From Candidatus Woesearchaeota archaeon (GTDB lineage Archaea > Nanobdellota > Nanobdellia > Woesearchaeales > UBA525), in the NCBI GenBank assembly GCA_014874255.1, contig JACWAN010000015.1, positions 1 to 49,410 of the forward strand: a DNA stretch of 49,410 nucleotides. The letters are read 5' to 3'. Below, in pieces: positions 34,101 to 41,516 of the stretch (within the stretch, counting starts at the first letter, position 1; each line of letters begins with the position of its first letter). A program made the position numbers and the translations under genes. Below the pieces are notes generated by a model. The model did no database searches. It saw only the letters and a list, made by a program, of their open reading frames with translations, and was not told the DNA's origin.

Positions 34101-34706
34101 ATGGTCTTCCACGTCGACATCGCGTGGCGCTACCCCTTGGAGCTGTACGAGGCGGCGCTCGAGTACAGGAAGCCGTGGGAGGTCTCGGTGCCGCAGATCA
34201 AGGAGCTCTTGGGGACGCCGGCGCAGTTCGAGGGGATGGGGTACACGCACGAGACCGCCGACCTGAACGCGGGCGTCCACTGCAGCGCGTACAAGACGCT
34301 GCCGTCCATGGAGGAGAAGATGCAGGGCCAGATGGAGCTCGCGGTCAAGATACGGGCGGTGGACGCGTCCGACGTCGCGCGGCTGGTCATCGAGAAGCAC
34401 TTCATCAGGGACACGAAAGGCAACCTCCGCAAGTTCTCGCAGCAGCAGTACCGCTGCGTCAACTGCAACGAGAAGTTCAGACGGCCGCCGCTGCGCGGCA
34501 GCTGCACCGCGTGCGGAGGCAAGGTGATCTTCACCATCAGCGAGGGCAGCGTCGTCAAGTACCTGGAGCCGAGCATCTCGCTCGCGAACAAGTTCGACGT
34601 GCCGACCTACCTGAAACAGGACCTCGAACTGACGAAGCGCCGGATTGAGTCCGTCTTCGGCAGGGACGCGGAGATCCAGGAAGGCCTCGGGAAGTGGTTC
34701 GGGTGA
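31146..34706 (+). CDS. DNA polymerase II (PolD) large subunit DP2
   Basis: ATGA overlap with the DP1 stop. 1186 aa with no intein-sized insertion. C-terminal CVNCNEKFRRPPLRGSCTACGGKV..KYL Zn motif. The first 861 nt of the ORF-track ORF 30285.. overlap DP1 in another frame and are excluded. Confidence 0.93.
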   Translation: MSDFASEGMDAYFASLKNGVDEAFSIAAAARARGYDPDGQVEVVLASNLAERVIGLISVIAPQVRGVGIEKRIIELEEQYGKLDWRVALVIALEVAQQKYCAFKDPLEAIETGIRVGFAYVTVGVVSSPLEGFTKLELKKRNDGKGEYFSLFYSGPIRNAGGTAAAVSVLIADYVRKHLGYAEYDPTEKEVKRCHAEIEDYHNFITNLQYFPSAEESAFLMERLPVEIDGDESEKYEVSNVNLKDLPRVKANKLRNGYSLIHSSCIPLKAPKLWAKLEKWGGDMGLEHWGFLKEFVALQKKMKAKGKVEESARIKPDYTYIADLVAGRPVFSHPLRPGGWRLRYGRSRASGYSGQAINPASMAVLLDFLATGTQLKVERPGKAAAFTPCDTVDGPVVLLKDGAVKRLRTEEEARRVRQDIKEILYLGDVLVNYGDFFDRAHPLVPAGYCQEWWLAELEKAAMALHAMLDLEKLEALTDVPKERLDMLFKQPLAMTPTFSEALRIARATGTPLHPWHTLFWKLPPKGEFDALLAAIAAGRKEEGKLVLPYEEADARSALAKRCLETLAVEHLLVENEFLVLGREEAQQLLLPLGLAERDSEESLADAVALLREKLGAFDGDVLAFVNTLSPVAIRDKAGTFIGSRMGRPEKAKMRKMTGSPHCLFPVGDEGGRLRSVQSALEAGRVTGAFPVCYCPACKKQTPFFRCETCDAKTVRLKHCPTCGDVEDCPHTPAPSSVRAIDIRRIFDDLLKRLGTSIYPDLIKGVRGTSNDEHIPEHLLKGILRAKHDIYVNKDGTLRYDASEVTLTHFKPREIGVPAARLRELGYTRDIHGEELSNEEQVLELKPQDVVLPCSPENPEEPADEVFFRTAAFVDELLVKLYGGRPFFNLAAKEDLVGHLIIGLAPHTSAGILGRIIGFSQTQGFLAHPYFHAAMRRDCDGDEGCFLLLMDAFLNFSRKYLPESRGSTMDAPLVLTSLLNPAEVDDMVFHVDIAWRYPLELYEAALEYRKPWEVSVPQIKELLGTPAQFEGMGYTHETADLNAGVHCSAYKTLPSMEEKMQGQMELAVKIRAVDASDVARLVIEKHFIRDTKGNLRKFSQQQYRCVNCNEKFRRPPLRGSCTACGGKVIFTISEGSVVKYLEPSISLANKFDVPTYLKQDLELTKRRIESVFGRDAEIQEGLGKWFG

Positions 34707-34730
34707 TATTCCATATCGCTCTTCTTCCGT

Positions 34731-34778
34731 CTCAACTTCCATCTCAACTTCCATCTCAACTTCTGTCCCAACTTCCGC
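34731..34778. repeat. 12-bp tandem repeat x4
   Basis: CTCAACTTCCAT, CTCAACTTCCAT, CTCAACTTCTGT, CCCAACTTCCGC. Lies between the DP2 stop and the next TATA-like box. Confidence 0.8.
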
Positions 34779-34824
34779 CTCGAACGAAAGAGTTATAAAA
34801 ATCCGGATCCCTTGGCGCACCACG

Positions 34825-35217
34825 ATGAGGTTTTTGTCCCCTTCCCGATTCTTCGATGACGCCGCCTCTCCGGACGGCGTTTCCGCGCGGGAGCACGCGT
34901 CCTCATACTCCTCGTCGCGGCGGGCGCTCGCCGTCGTCGCGCTCGGGTCCGCCCTCGCGGCGACCGCGTACTTCGTAGACCGGCAGTACCACGACCTGAA
35001 CGCGAGGATGTACTCCGCCGTGCGCGGCGGTCTCGACGACGGCCTCACGCTGACGCAGATGAGGGGGATGGTCGAGCAGGACGGCGAGCGCAGCCTCCTG
35101 CGGCGGCTGCAGTGGGACCTCGCCTCAGACGGTTTCTATCGGGCGGGCAAGGACGGCCCGCACAGGGATCGCGTGCATCGCGCCGGCAGCCGTCCTGGAC
35201 CGCTGAACCGCCGCTAG
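34825..35217 (+). CDS. Hypothetical small protein with one TM
   Basis: ATG lies about 25 nt from the TATA-like GTTATAAAAAT at 34792-34802. One hydrophobic segment (ALAVVALGSALAATAYF). No homology recognised. Confidence 0.4.
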   Translation: MRFLSPSRFFDDAASPDGVSAREHASSYSSSRRALAVVALGSALAATAYFVDRQYHDLNARMYSAVRGGLDDGLTLTQMRGMVEQDGERSLLRRLQWDLASDGFYRAGKDGPHRDRVHRAGSRPGPLNRR

Positions 35218-35624
35218 ATCCGGCTCTTGACCGTGTTCCGGGCGCCGCAGGCCTGGCACGTCATGATGATCGCGCCCGCCTCCTTGCTCAGCCTGGTCTC
35301 GGGCTTGCCGCAGCTCTTGCAGAAAACGAACTCGTCCGCGTACTGGACGATCTTCTCGTTGATCTTCGCCGCGTTCAGCTTCGAGCCGAAGACCGCGGAC
35401 TGCTTGATCAGCTCTCCCGGCGTCGCGAGCTCGCGCTGCACGTACTTGAGGAGGTGTTCCGGCTTCCGGTCCAGCATCTTCGCGATCTCCGCCCAGTTGT
35501 TGATCACGGTCTGGACGCCCTGGACGTGACCGCGCACCTTCGGGACGGTGAAGCGCTCGCCGCCGCCTTCGCTCTCTTCCGGCAGCTGCGCCTTCGCCCG
35601 TTCGAGAAGCTTCTCGTAATCCAT
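35214..35624 (-). CDS. eif2b: Translation initiation factor aIF2 beta subunit
   Basis: Start chosen at MDYEKLLERAKAQLP. Zn ribbon CKSCGKPET..CQACGA. TATA-like TTTTTAAAGG lies about 26 nt upstream. Confidence 0.9.
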   Translation of the reverse strand: MDYEKLLERAKAQLPEESEGGGERFTVPKVRGHVQGVQTVINNWAEIAKMLDRKPEHLLKYVQRELATPGELIKQSAVFGSKLNAAKINEKIVQYADEFVFCKSCGKPETRLSKEAGAIIMTCQACGARNTVKSRI

Positions 35625-35684
35625 ACGGATGAGGACCGGCCCGTCGTTTTTAAAGGTTTGGGGGAAGCAACGGGCAAGAGTCGT

Positions 35685-35830
35685 TTTGCGTGGAGTGCCG
35701 TCCCCGTCCTTAAGGGTGAGGCGTAGCGGGAAGATGCGTGGAGAGTTGCGGGGGTCGCCCCCTGCGGGGCCGCAACGGCGGGAGCGGCCGAATAGCGGCA
35801 CGCCGAACAGGACGGGACGGCACGACGCAA
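35685..35830 (+). repeat. A-core structured repeat without the family-A TIRs
   Basis: Closing helix TTGCGTGGAGTGCCGTCCCCGTCC / GGACGGGACGGCACGACGCAA. TTAAGGGTGAGGCG, central GCGGGGGTCGCCCCCTGCGGGGCCGC, GCCGAATAGCGGCAC. Confidence 0.7.
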
Positions 35831-35886
35831 GACAAAGATGATTGCCGGCAACAACACTTAAAACCCTGCAGCCGTTCCGGCAGCGG

Positions 35887-36537
35887 ATGGAGTGGTACCG
35901 CATCGTCGGCACGTCGCACGTCGCGCAGCAGGCCGTCAAGGAGGTGGAGCGCGCCTACGCCGAGTTCTCGCCCGACGTCGTCGCGGTGGAGCTCGACCCC
36001 GACCGCTTGCACGCGCTCCTTGTGCAAGAGAAGGAGCGCCCCTCTTTTTTCTATCTCCTGAAGACCGTCGGCCTCACCGGCGCGCTCTTCGCCACGCTCG
36101 GCGGCGCCGCCCAGCGGAAGCTCGGTCGCATGGTCGGCATGGACCCGGGCGCGGAGATGCTCGCTGCCTTCCGCCTCGCGCAGCGCGACGGGAAGCGCGT
36201 GCTGCTCGTCGACCGCGATCTCCGCGTCACGTTACGGCGGCTCAAGTTCGGCTGGCGCGAGTTCCGCCAATTGCTCAAGGACCTGTGGCGCGGCCTCCTC
36301 GGGAAGGACCGGCTCTCGTTCGACCTGGACAAGGTGCCGTCCGAGGCGGTCGTCGGGAAGCTGCTCGCCGAGTTCCGGGCGCGCTATCCGCGGCCGTACG
36401 CGGCGCTCGTCGAGGAACGGAACAAGCACATGGTCCGCTCGCTCCTCTCATATCATGAGACGCACATCACCGAACGGGTATTGGTCGTCGTCGGCGCCGG
36501 CCACGTGGCCGGGATGCGCGGTCTGCTGGAAGCGTAG
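35887..36537 (+). CDS. TraB/PrgY-like family protein
   Basis: IVGTSHVAQQAVKEV..PDVVAVELD..GAEM..EERNKHM..VVVGAGHVAGM. ATG lies about 27 nt from CACTTAAAACC. Confidence 0.8.
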   Translation: MEWYRIVGTSHVAQQAVKEVERAYAEFSPDVVAVELDPDRLHALLVQEKERPSFFYLLKTVGLTGALFATLGGAAQRKLGRMVGMDPGAEMLAAFRLAQRDGKRVLLVDRDLRVTLRRLKFGWREFRQLLKDLWRGLLGKDRLSFDLDKVPSEAVVGKLLAEFRARYPRPYAALVEERNKHMVRSLLSYHETHITERVLVVVGAGHVAGMRGLLEA

Positions 36538-36540
36538 TCG

Positions 36541-36558
36541 TTTTTTTTTTCATTTTTC
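36541..36558 (+). terminator. T10 plus T5 run 3' of traB-like gene
   Basis: TTTTTTTTTTCATTTTTC begins 4 nt after the stop codon. Confidence 0.55.
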
Positions 36559-36559
36559 T

Positions 36560-36689
36560 CGACGCCATCGTCGCGGCGAACTCTTTCTCCCATCCGGTCC
36601 GAGAACAAGACTGCTGCTCACGATGATGGCCTCGCTGCCGCGCGGCCATGCTCGCCGCCGTCAATCGCGCCAAGGCGACGACGGCGTCG
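36560..36689 (-). repeat. Family-B repeat, L module only
   Basis: Closing helix CGACGCCATCGTCGC / GCGACGACGGCGTCG (one G-U-type mismatch). CTCCCATCCGGTCCGAG..GCGCCAAGG. Confidence 0.8.
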
Positions 36690-36756
36690 TCGACAGTGCA
36701 GACATCTTCCCCCTCGATGGGGCTGCCCGTGTTTTTCTGTCGTAGTGGACAACAAC

Positions 36757-36767
36757 CTATTTAAACG
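36757..36767 (+). promoter_or_regulatory. TATA-like box (gene 36788)
   Basis: CTATTTAAACG lies about 26 nt upstream of the ATG. Confidence 0.5.
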
Positions 36768-36787
36768 CCGTTTCTCGGGGAAGGTCG

Positions 36788-37588
36788 ATGGCGGGTTTCA
36801 CGTATCATGTCAAGCGGTACTTCAGCTTCTCGCGCGACGAGTGGACTGCGCTCTTCATCACCGCGGTCGTGATGGGGTTCGTGCTCAGCTTCAACAAGTG
36901 GGGCGCGACCACCTTCGACCTCTCCGTCGGGGTGAAGAACCTGCTCCTCGCGCTCAGCGCGTCCGTCGCGCTGCTGATCGTCCATGTCGGCGCGCAGAAG
37001 CTCGCGGGCATCTACTACGGCGTCAAGGTCGCCTATGGCAAATATACCATCGGCCTCCTCGTCGGCGTCCTCGTGACGCTGCTCAGCTTCGGCTACCTGC
37101 CGCTCTTCTTCCCAGGTCACCTCACGTACGAGACGATCCCGAACCTGCGCGTCGGGAAATTCCGGGCGGCGATGGTGAAGAAATGGGAGATCGCGCTCAT
37201 CGCGTTCGCGGGGCCCCTCGCCTCGCTCCTCCTGACGATCCCTTTCAACCTGCTCCAGGCAGCGACGGGGCTCGCCGTCTTCCACACGCTGATCGTGGTG
37301 AGCGTCCTCCTCGCCGTCTTCGCGATGATCCCCCTGCCGATCATCCAGACGCCGAACCCGTACACCGTCTACATGAGCCGCATGGAATCCTTCGAGGGAA
37401 GCACGCCCGGCTTCGACATCTTCTTCAGCTCGCCGTCCTGGTATTTCTTCCTCGCGGGCCTCGTCGTCTGCTTCGCGCTGCTCGCCCTCCTCTTCGGCCC
37501 GAGCATCCTCGCCGGCGTGCTCGCGCTGATTCTCGGGTTCGGCACCATGTACGGCTACGTCCACCTCCGCAACGAGGAGTTCCGGTAA
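36788..37588 (+). CDS. Polytopic membrane protein, M50/site-2-protease-like with degenerate HExxH
   Basis: About 6 TMs. AGPLASLL and LLAVFAMIPLP..GFDIF resemble M50 motifs, but the HExxH position reads HVGAQ. Confidence 0.55.
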   Translation: MAGFTYHVKRYFSFSRDEWTALFITAVVMGFVLSFNKWGATTFDLSVGVKNLLLALSASVALLIVHVGAQKLAGIYYGVKVAYGKYTIGLLVGVLVTLLSFGYLPLFFPGHLTYETIPNLRVGKFRAAMVKKWEIALIAFAGPLASLLLTIPFNLLQAATGLAVFHTLIVVSVLLAVFAMIPLPIIQTPNPYTVYMSRMESFEGSTPGFDIFFSSPSWYFFLAGLVVCFALLALLFGPSILAGVLALILGFGTMYGYVHLRNEEFR

Positions 37589-37594
37589 GCGTTA

Positions 37595-37832
37595 GCGTTG
37601 AAAGTGCACGTTGCCGCCCCCGGGCCGAACCGTTGCGAAGAAGGCGGTGAAGGCCGAGCAGGGGTCGGTTTCGAGTTATACGAGGAACCCGGGACCGCGA
37701 GCCAGACGCGCGGGTCAGGAGCGCGAGCGACCGAACGAAGGGACCTTGTCCCTTACGGGGACGAGGCCGTTCGAACAAAACAACGGCGCGGTTCGAAGGC
37801 GGCAACGCGAGCGAAAGCGAGGCTTTCAACGC
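37595..37832 (+). repeat. Hybrid A/B-type structured repeat
   Basis: Closing helices GCGTTGAAAG / CTTTCAACGC and CGTTGCCGCC / GGCGGCAACG. B-type R block CGCGGGTCAGGAGCGCGAGCGACCGAACGAAG followed by the central GGACCTTGTCCCTTACGGGGACGAGG. Confidence 0.75.
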
Positions 37833-37839
37833 GTGTTCT

Positions 37840-38112
37840 TCACACGAACGAGTAGAGGCCCTTGATGCTGAGATAGAGGCCGAACAGGATGTTCAGCAGC
37901 GGCGCGCCCGTGAACGTCGTCGCTGCCAGGTAGAGTGCGAGTAGGATGTCGAACGCGCTCACGACGCCGCCCCAGAAGACGATCGCCTTGAGGCAGAGGG
38001 CCGCCGCGATCGTCAGCGTCCACCGGATCGGGATGATTCCTGTGCTGGCGAGGACGAGCGTCGCCGCGGCCAGCACGTCGACCAGTCCGAGGAGTTTGAG
38101 GAAGAGGCCCAT
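37840..38112 (-). CDS. Small 3-TM membrane protein
   Basis: 90 aa, entirely hydrophobic helices. TATA-like ACATAAAAAGC lies about 26 nt upstream of the ATG. Confidence 0.55.
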   Translation of the reverse strand: MGLFLKLLGLVDVLAAATLVLASTGIIPIRWTLTIAAALCLKAIVFWGGVVSAFDILLALYLAATTFTGAPLLNILFGLYLSIKGLYSFV

Positions 38113-38284
38113 CCGTTCCGGCTGCCTTCTCCGCTTTTTATGTCCTTTTGTTCCCCCAATTTATTTTCCATATGGTCTTTTTTTATCTCCCGTCGTGCAC
38201 CGCACGGTTGTCGTCGAAAGATTTATAATCCTCCGTCGTCAGGGAAGGGCTGTGCGTGAGGAGCACCTCGCGCGCGAGGTGGAA

Positions 38285-38512
38285 ATGATGGCGCAGAAGG
38301 TTGCGAAGGTCGGAGTCAAGAAAGGGAAAGGGTTCCTGTACTTCGTCGACAAGCAGGGCGACGTCAGCCGCGCGCCCATGGTCCGCGGCGGCCAGAAGAA
38401 GGGCAAGCCGGAGAAGGTCGCGAAGGCCGGCGTGAAGAAGGAGGGCGGCTACCTCTACTTCATCGACAAGGACGGCGACATCTCCCGCGCCAAGATGGCC
38501 CGCGGCAGGTAA
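38285..38512 (+). CDS. Small basic protein made of two about 33-aa repeats
   Basis: KVAKVGVKKGKGFLYFVDKQGDVSRAPMVRG and KVAKAGVKKEGGYLYFIDKDGDISRAKMARG. GAGGTGG lies upstream of the ATG, with a TATA-like GATTTATAATCC at about 38220. Confidence 0.6.
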   Translation: MMAQKVAKVGVKKGKGFLYFVDKQGDVSRAPMVRGGQKKGKPEKVAKAGVKKEGGYLYFIDKDGDISRAKMARGR

Positions 38513-38691
38513 GGCCGTTTCCGTCTTCCTAAATCATTTTTCATTCTCCTTTTTCTCAGATTTCTCTTGGCATGAGTCATTAAATCCATGGATACGCTAG
38601 CGGGCTTCCGGTCTGCGCGTACAGGGATTCTTCGAATCCCTTGTACCCCGGCCTTTAGGTCGGGGAGGTTCATTCATCTCACTTTTGTTTT

Positions 38692-38859
38692 GCGTCATCG
38701 TCGCGGCTTTGTTGTTCTCAGTCGCTCTCCGAGCTCCTGATCCTCTGGTTCTTCGAACCAGAGTCTCCCTCCGGTCCGAGAGATTGTCGGCGGCTCGCGA
38801 TGAGGGCCTCAAAAAGGCCATGCTCGCCGCCGTCAATCGTGCCAAGGCGACGATGACGC
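38692..38859 (-). repeat. Family-B repeat, one R plus L module
   Basis: Perfect 13-bp closing helix GCGTCATCGTCGC / GCGACGATGACGC. CTCAGTCGCTCTCCGAGCTCCTGATCC, then hairpin CTCTGGTTC-TTC-GAACCAGAG, then CTCCCTCCGGTCCGAG..GTGCCAAGG. Confidence 0.85.
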
Positions 38860-38926
38860 CAGTCGATTAGACGATGATCGCCGACGAGGACGCTCTTCTC
38901 CCTCCACTGGCCACGCCCGGCGAACC

Positions 38927-38936
38927 CTTATAAACC
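38927..38936 (+). promoter_or_regulatory. TATA-like box of hef
   Basis: CTTATAAACC lies about 27 nt upstream of ATG 38958. Confidence 0.5.
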
Positions 38937-38957
38937 GGATTTCCCTTTCCCCCCTCC

Positions 38958-41264
38958 ATGATTAAGGCGCACGTCGCTCCTCGGCTCTACCAGGAGACCA
39001 TCTTCGCCACGGCGAGCCAGCGGAACACGCTCGCGGTCCTGCCGACGGGGATGGGGAAGACGCTGATCGCGGAGCTCCTCGCGGTCCATCGCCTGCAGAA
39101 CTATCCGGGCAGCAAGATACTCCTCCTCGCGCCGACCCGGCCGTTGGTGCAGCAGCACCTCGACACCTTCAAGAGGGATCTCGACCTCGAGGAGGGGGAC
39201 GCGGTCGTCTTCACCGGGAACGTCGCCCCAGCGAAGCGCGCGAAGCTCTGGAAAGAAGCGAAAATCATCTTCAGCACGCCGCAAGGCCTGGAGAACGATA
39301 TCATGGGAGGCAAGACCCCGTTGACGGACGTCTCCCTCCTGATCGTCGACGAGGCGCATCGCGCGGTGAAGGACTACAGCTACGTCTTCATCGCCGACCG
39401 CTACCGCAAGGCGGCGGAGCACGAACGGATCCTCGCGTTGACGGCGAGCCCGGGCAGCGACAAGGAGACGATCGAGGAAGTGTGCAGGAACCTCTTCATC
39501 GAGGAGGTCGAGGTCCGCTCCGCCGAGAGTGCGGACGTGCAGCCGTACATCCAGGACGTCGAGATCGAGCACATCAAGGTGCAGATGCCGCCCGAGTTCA
39601 AGACCGTGCACGTCGCCCTGACGCGCGCGTACGAGCAACGCGTGGACGACCTGCAGCAGCTCGGCGTCGTCAACCGGAACGCGCTCTCCAGCAAGACCGG
39701 GATGCTCAAGGCGCAGGCCGCCCTTCACGCGGAAGCGGCGCGCGGCCGTCGTTCGTTCGAGTCGCTCAAGTCCATGTCGCTCCTCGCCGAAGCCCTGAAG
39801 ATCCAGCACGGCCTCGAGCTGATCGAGACGCAGGGCGTCACCGCGCTCTCGAAATACTTCAAGAAGCTCGAGACGGAAGCCGCGAGGGGCCAGTCGAAAG
39901 CCGTGCAGAACGCGGTGCGCGACGTCAACGTGAAAGCCGCCATGATCCACACCGACCGGCTGATGGAGCAGGAGATCGAGCACCCGAAGCTGCGCGCGGT
40001 GAAGAAGGCTGTGCTGAAGGAGCTCTACGTGGACAAGGACGCGAAGATCATCATCTTCAACCAATACAGGGATCAGGCGGTCAGGATCAAGGAGGCGATT
40101 GACAGCATCGGCGTCTCCTCGAAGATCTTCGTCGGCCAGATGAAGAAGGGCGAGACCGGGATGAGCCAGAAGACGCAGCAGGCGATCCTCGAAGAGTTCC
40201 GGAACGGCGGGTTCAGCTGCCTCATCGCGACCTCGGTGGCGGAGGAGGGCCTGGACATCCCGAAAGTGGACGTCGTCCTCTTCTACGAGCCGATCCCGAG
40301 CGCGATCCGCACCGTGCAGCGGCGGGGACGGACCGGCCGCTTGGAGAAAGGCAAGGTGATTATGCTCGTCACCGAGGGGACGCGGGACGTCGCGTACAAG
40401 TACGCGGCGAAGAACAAGGAGAAGCGGATGTACCGCGTCCTCGACGAGGTGAAGCGCGGCTTCCGGCAACGCGATGGCGAGGCGATCGCGAAGGAGACGC
40501 TCGCGCCGTTCGCAGGAAATACCGACACTAAAAACAATAACGAGAACGAAAATAACAGGAACGCTACGTACGGGGTTGATGGCAATCAGAAGGATACGGG
40601 CGATGCTGTCTCACACGCGAGGCCGCGCATCCTCGCCGACCACCGCGAGAAGACGAGCGGCGTCCTGAAGGCGCTGCTCGACCACGACGTCACCATCGAG
40701 CTCCGCCAATTGGGCGTCGGGGATTATCAATTGAGCGACCGCGTCGTCGTCGAGTACAAGACGGTGGCTGACTTCGTCGACAGCATCGTGGACGGCCGGC
40801 TGCTCAGCCAGCTCCGCGGCCTCCGCAGTTATCCGCGACCGCTCATCATCATCGAGGGCGAGGAGGACATCTACAGCATCAGGAGGATGCACCCGAACGC
40901 GATCCTCGGCATGCTCGCGGCCATCACGGTGAGCTACAACATCCCCGTGCTCTTCACCAGGAACAGCAAAGAGACGGCTGCGCTGCTCGCCCTCGTCGCG
41001 AAGAAGGAGGTGGAGAAGGGCGGCCAGGAGTTCCAGCTCCACACGCAGAAGCCGTTGTCGGAGACCGAGTACCAGGAGTTCATCGTGAGCAGCCTGCCCG
41101 GCGTCGGCACGGGCCTCGCGAAAAATCTCCTGACGCGCTTCGCGACGATCCAGGCGATCGCGAACGCGACAGAGGAAGAGCTCGCTAGCGTCGAGAAGAT
41201 CGGCCCGAAGAAGGCGAAGGCGATCCACGGCATCTTCCGAAAGCTTTACGAGCCCGGAAAATAG
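38958..41264 (+). CDS. hef: Hef (helicase-associated endonuclease, FANCM/XPF-like)
   Basis: Helicase motifs PTGMGKT, IVDEAHRA, TASP, VAEEGLDIP, QRRGRTGR. C-terminal ERCC4 nuclease (VGDYQL..VVEYKT..DF..S..DGRL) plus HhH. Confidence 0.9.
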   Translation: MIKAHVAPRLYQETIFATASQRNTLAVLPTGMGKTLIAELLAVHRLQNYPGSKILLLAPTRPLVQQHLDTFKRDLDLEEGDAVVFTGNVAPAKRAKLWKEAKIIFSTPQGLENDIMGGKTPLTDVSLLIVDEAHRAVKDYSYVFIADRYRKAAEHERILALTASPGSDKETIEEVCRNLFIEEVEVRSAESADVQPYIQDVEIEHIKVQMPPEFKTVHVALTRAYEQRVDDLQQLGVVNRNALSSKTGMLKAQAALHAEAARGRRSFESLKSMSLLAEALKIQHGLELIETQGVTALSKYFKKLETEAARGQSKAVQNAVRDVNVKAAMIHTDRLMEQEIEHPKLRAVKKAVLKELYVDKDAKIIIFNQYRDQAVRIKEAIDSIGVSSKIFVGQMKKGETGMSQKTQQAILEEFRNGGFSCLIATSVAEEGLDIPKVDVVLFYEPIPSAIRTVQRRGRTGRLEKGKVIMLVTEGTRDVAYKYAAKNKEKRMYRVLDEVKRGFRQRDGEAIAKETLAPFAGNTDTKNNNENENNRNATYGVDGNQKDTGDAVSHARPRILADHREKTSGVLKALLDHDVTIELRQLGVGDYQLSDRVVVEYKTVADFVDSIVDGRLLSQLRGLRSYPRPLIIIEGEEDIYSIRRMHPNAILGMLAAITVSYNIPVLFTRNSKETAALLALVAKKEVEKGGQEFQLHTQKPLSETEYQEFIVSSLPGVGTGLAKNLLTRFATIQAIANATEEELASVEKIGPKKAKAIHGIFRKLYEPGK

Positions 41265-41294
41265 GCGTTCTTCACAGTCCCGCGTTTAATGGGG

Positions 41295-41430
41295 GTTACC
41301 GGCGCACGAAGACCGGTTTCCCTGCAAGGTCTTCGTTGCCACGGTGAGCTTCTGCTCGTCCCGGGGATCGCCCCCCCCCCGGAAGGGGCGCTTTCGGAAA
41401 AGAGAAGCGATCGCCGGGGCAGCCGGTAAT
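41295..41430 (+). repeat. A-core-like structured repeat, diverged
   Basis: Closing helix GTTACCGGC / GCCGGTAA. Central GC-rich hairpin CGGGGATCGCCCCCCCCCGGAAGGGGCG. GCGATCGCCGGGGCAGCCGG resembles the family-A right arm. Confidence 0.55.
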
Positions 41431-41516
41431 CCGAATGAATGCGGGACGTTCAACCGGTTTTCCCCGTCATCTTTTTATAACGTCCTGCTTCTAGAGGAGG
41501 AAAAAGAGGCGGAGAC

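Noticed and set aside
31146-34706. Intein in DP2 or Cdc6, which is common in archaeal replication genes.
   Set aside because: The lengths (1186 aa and 401 aa) and the continuous motif order leave no room for an intein-sized insertion.
37770-37800. GGTTCGAAGG, a T-loop-like string.
   Set aside because: It lies inside the hybrid repeat at 37595-37832 and has no flanking cloverleaf.
38619-38646. tRNA T-arm-like GGGATTC..GAATCCC with a TTCGAA loop.
   Set aside because: The loop length is not 7 nt. No acceptor, D or anticodon arms can be drawn on either strand. I found no tRNA gene in the window by eye.
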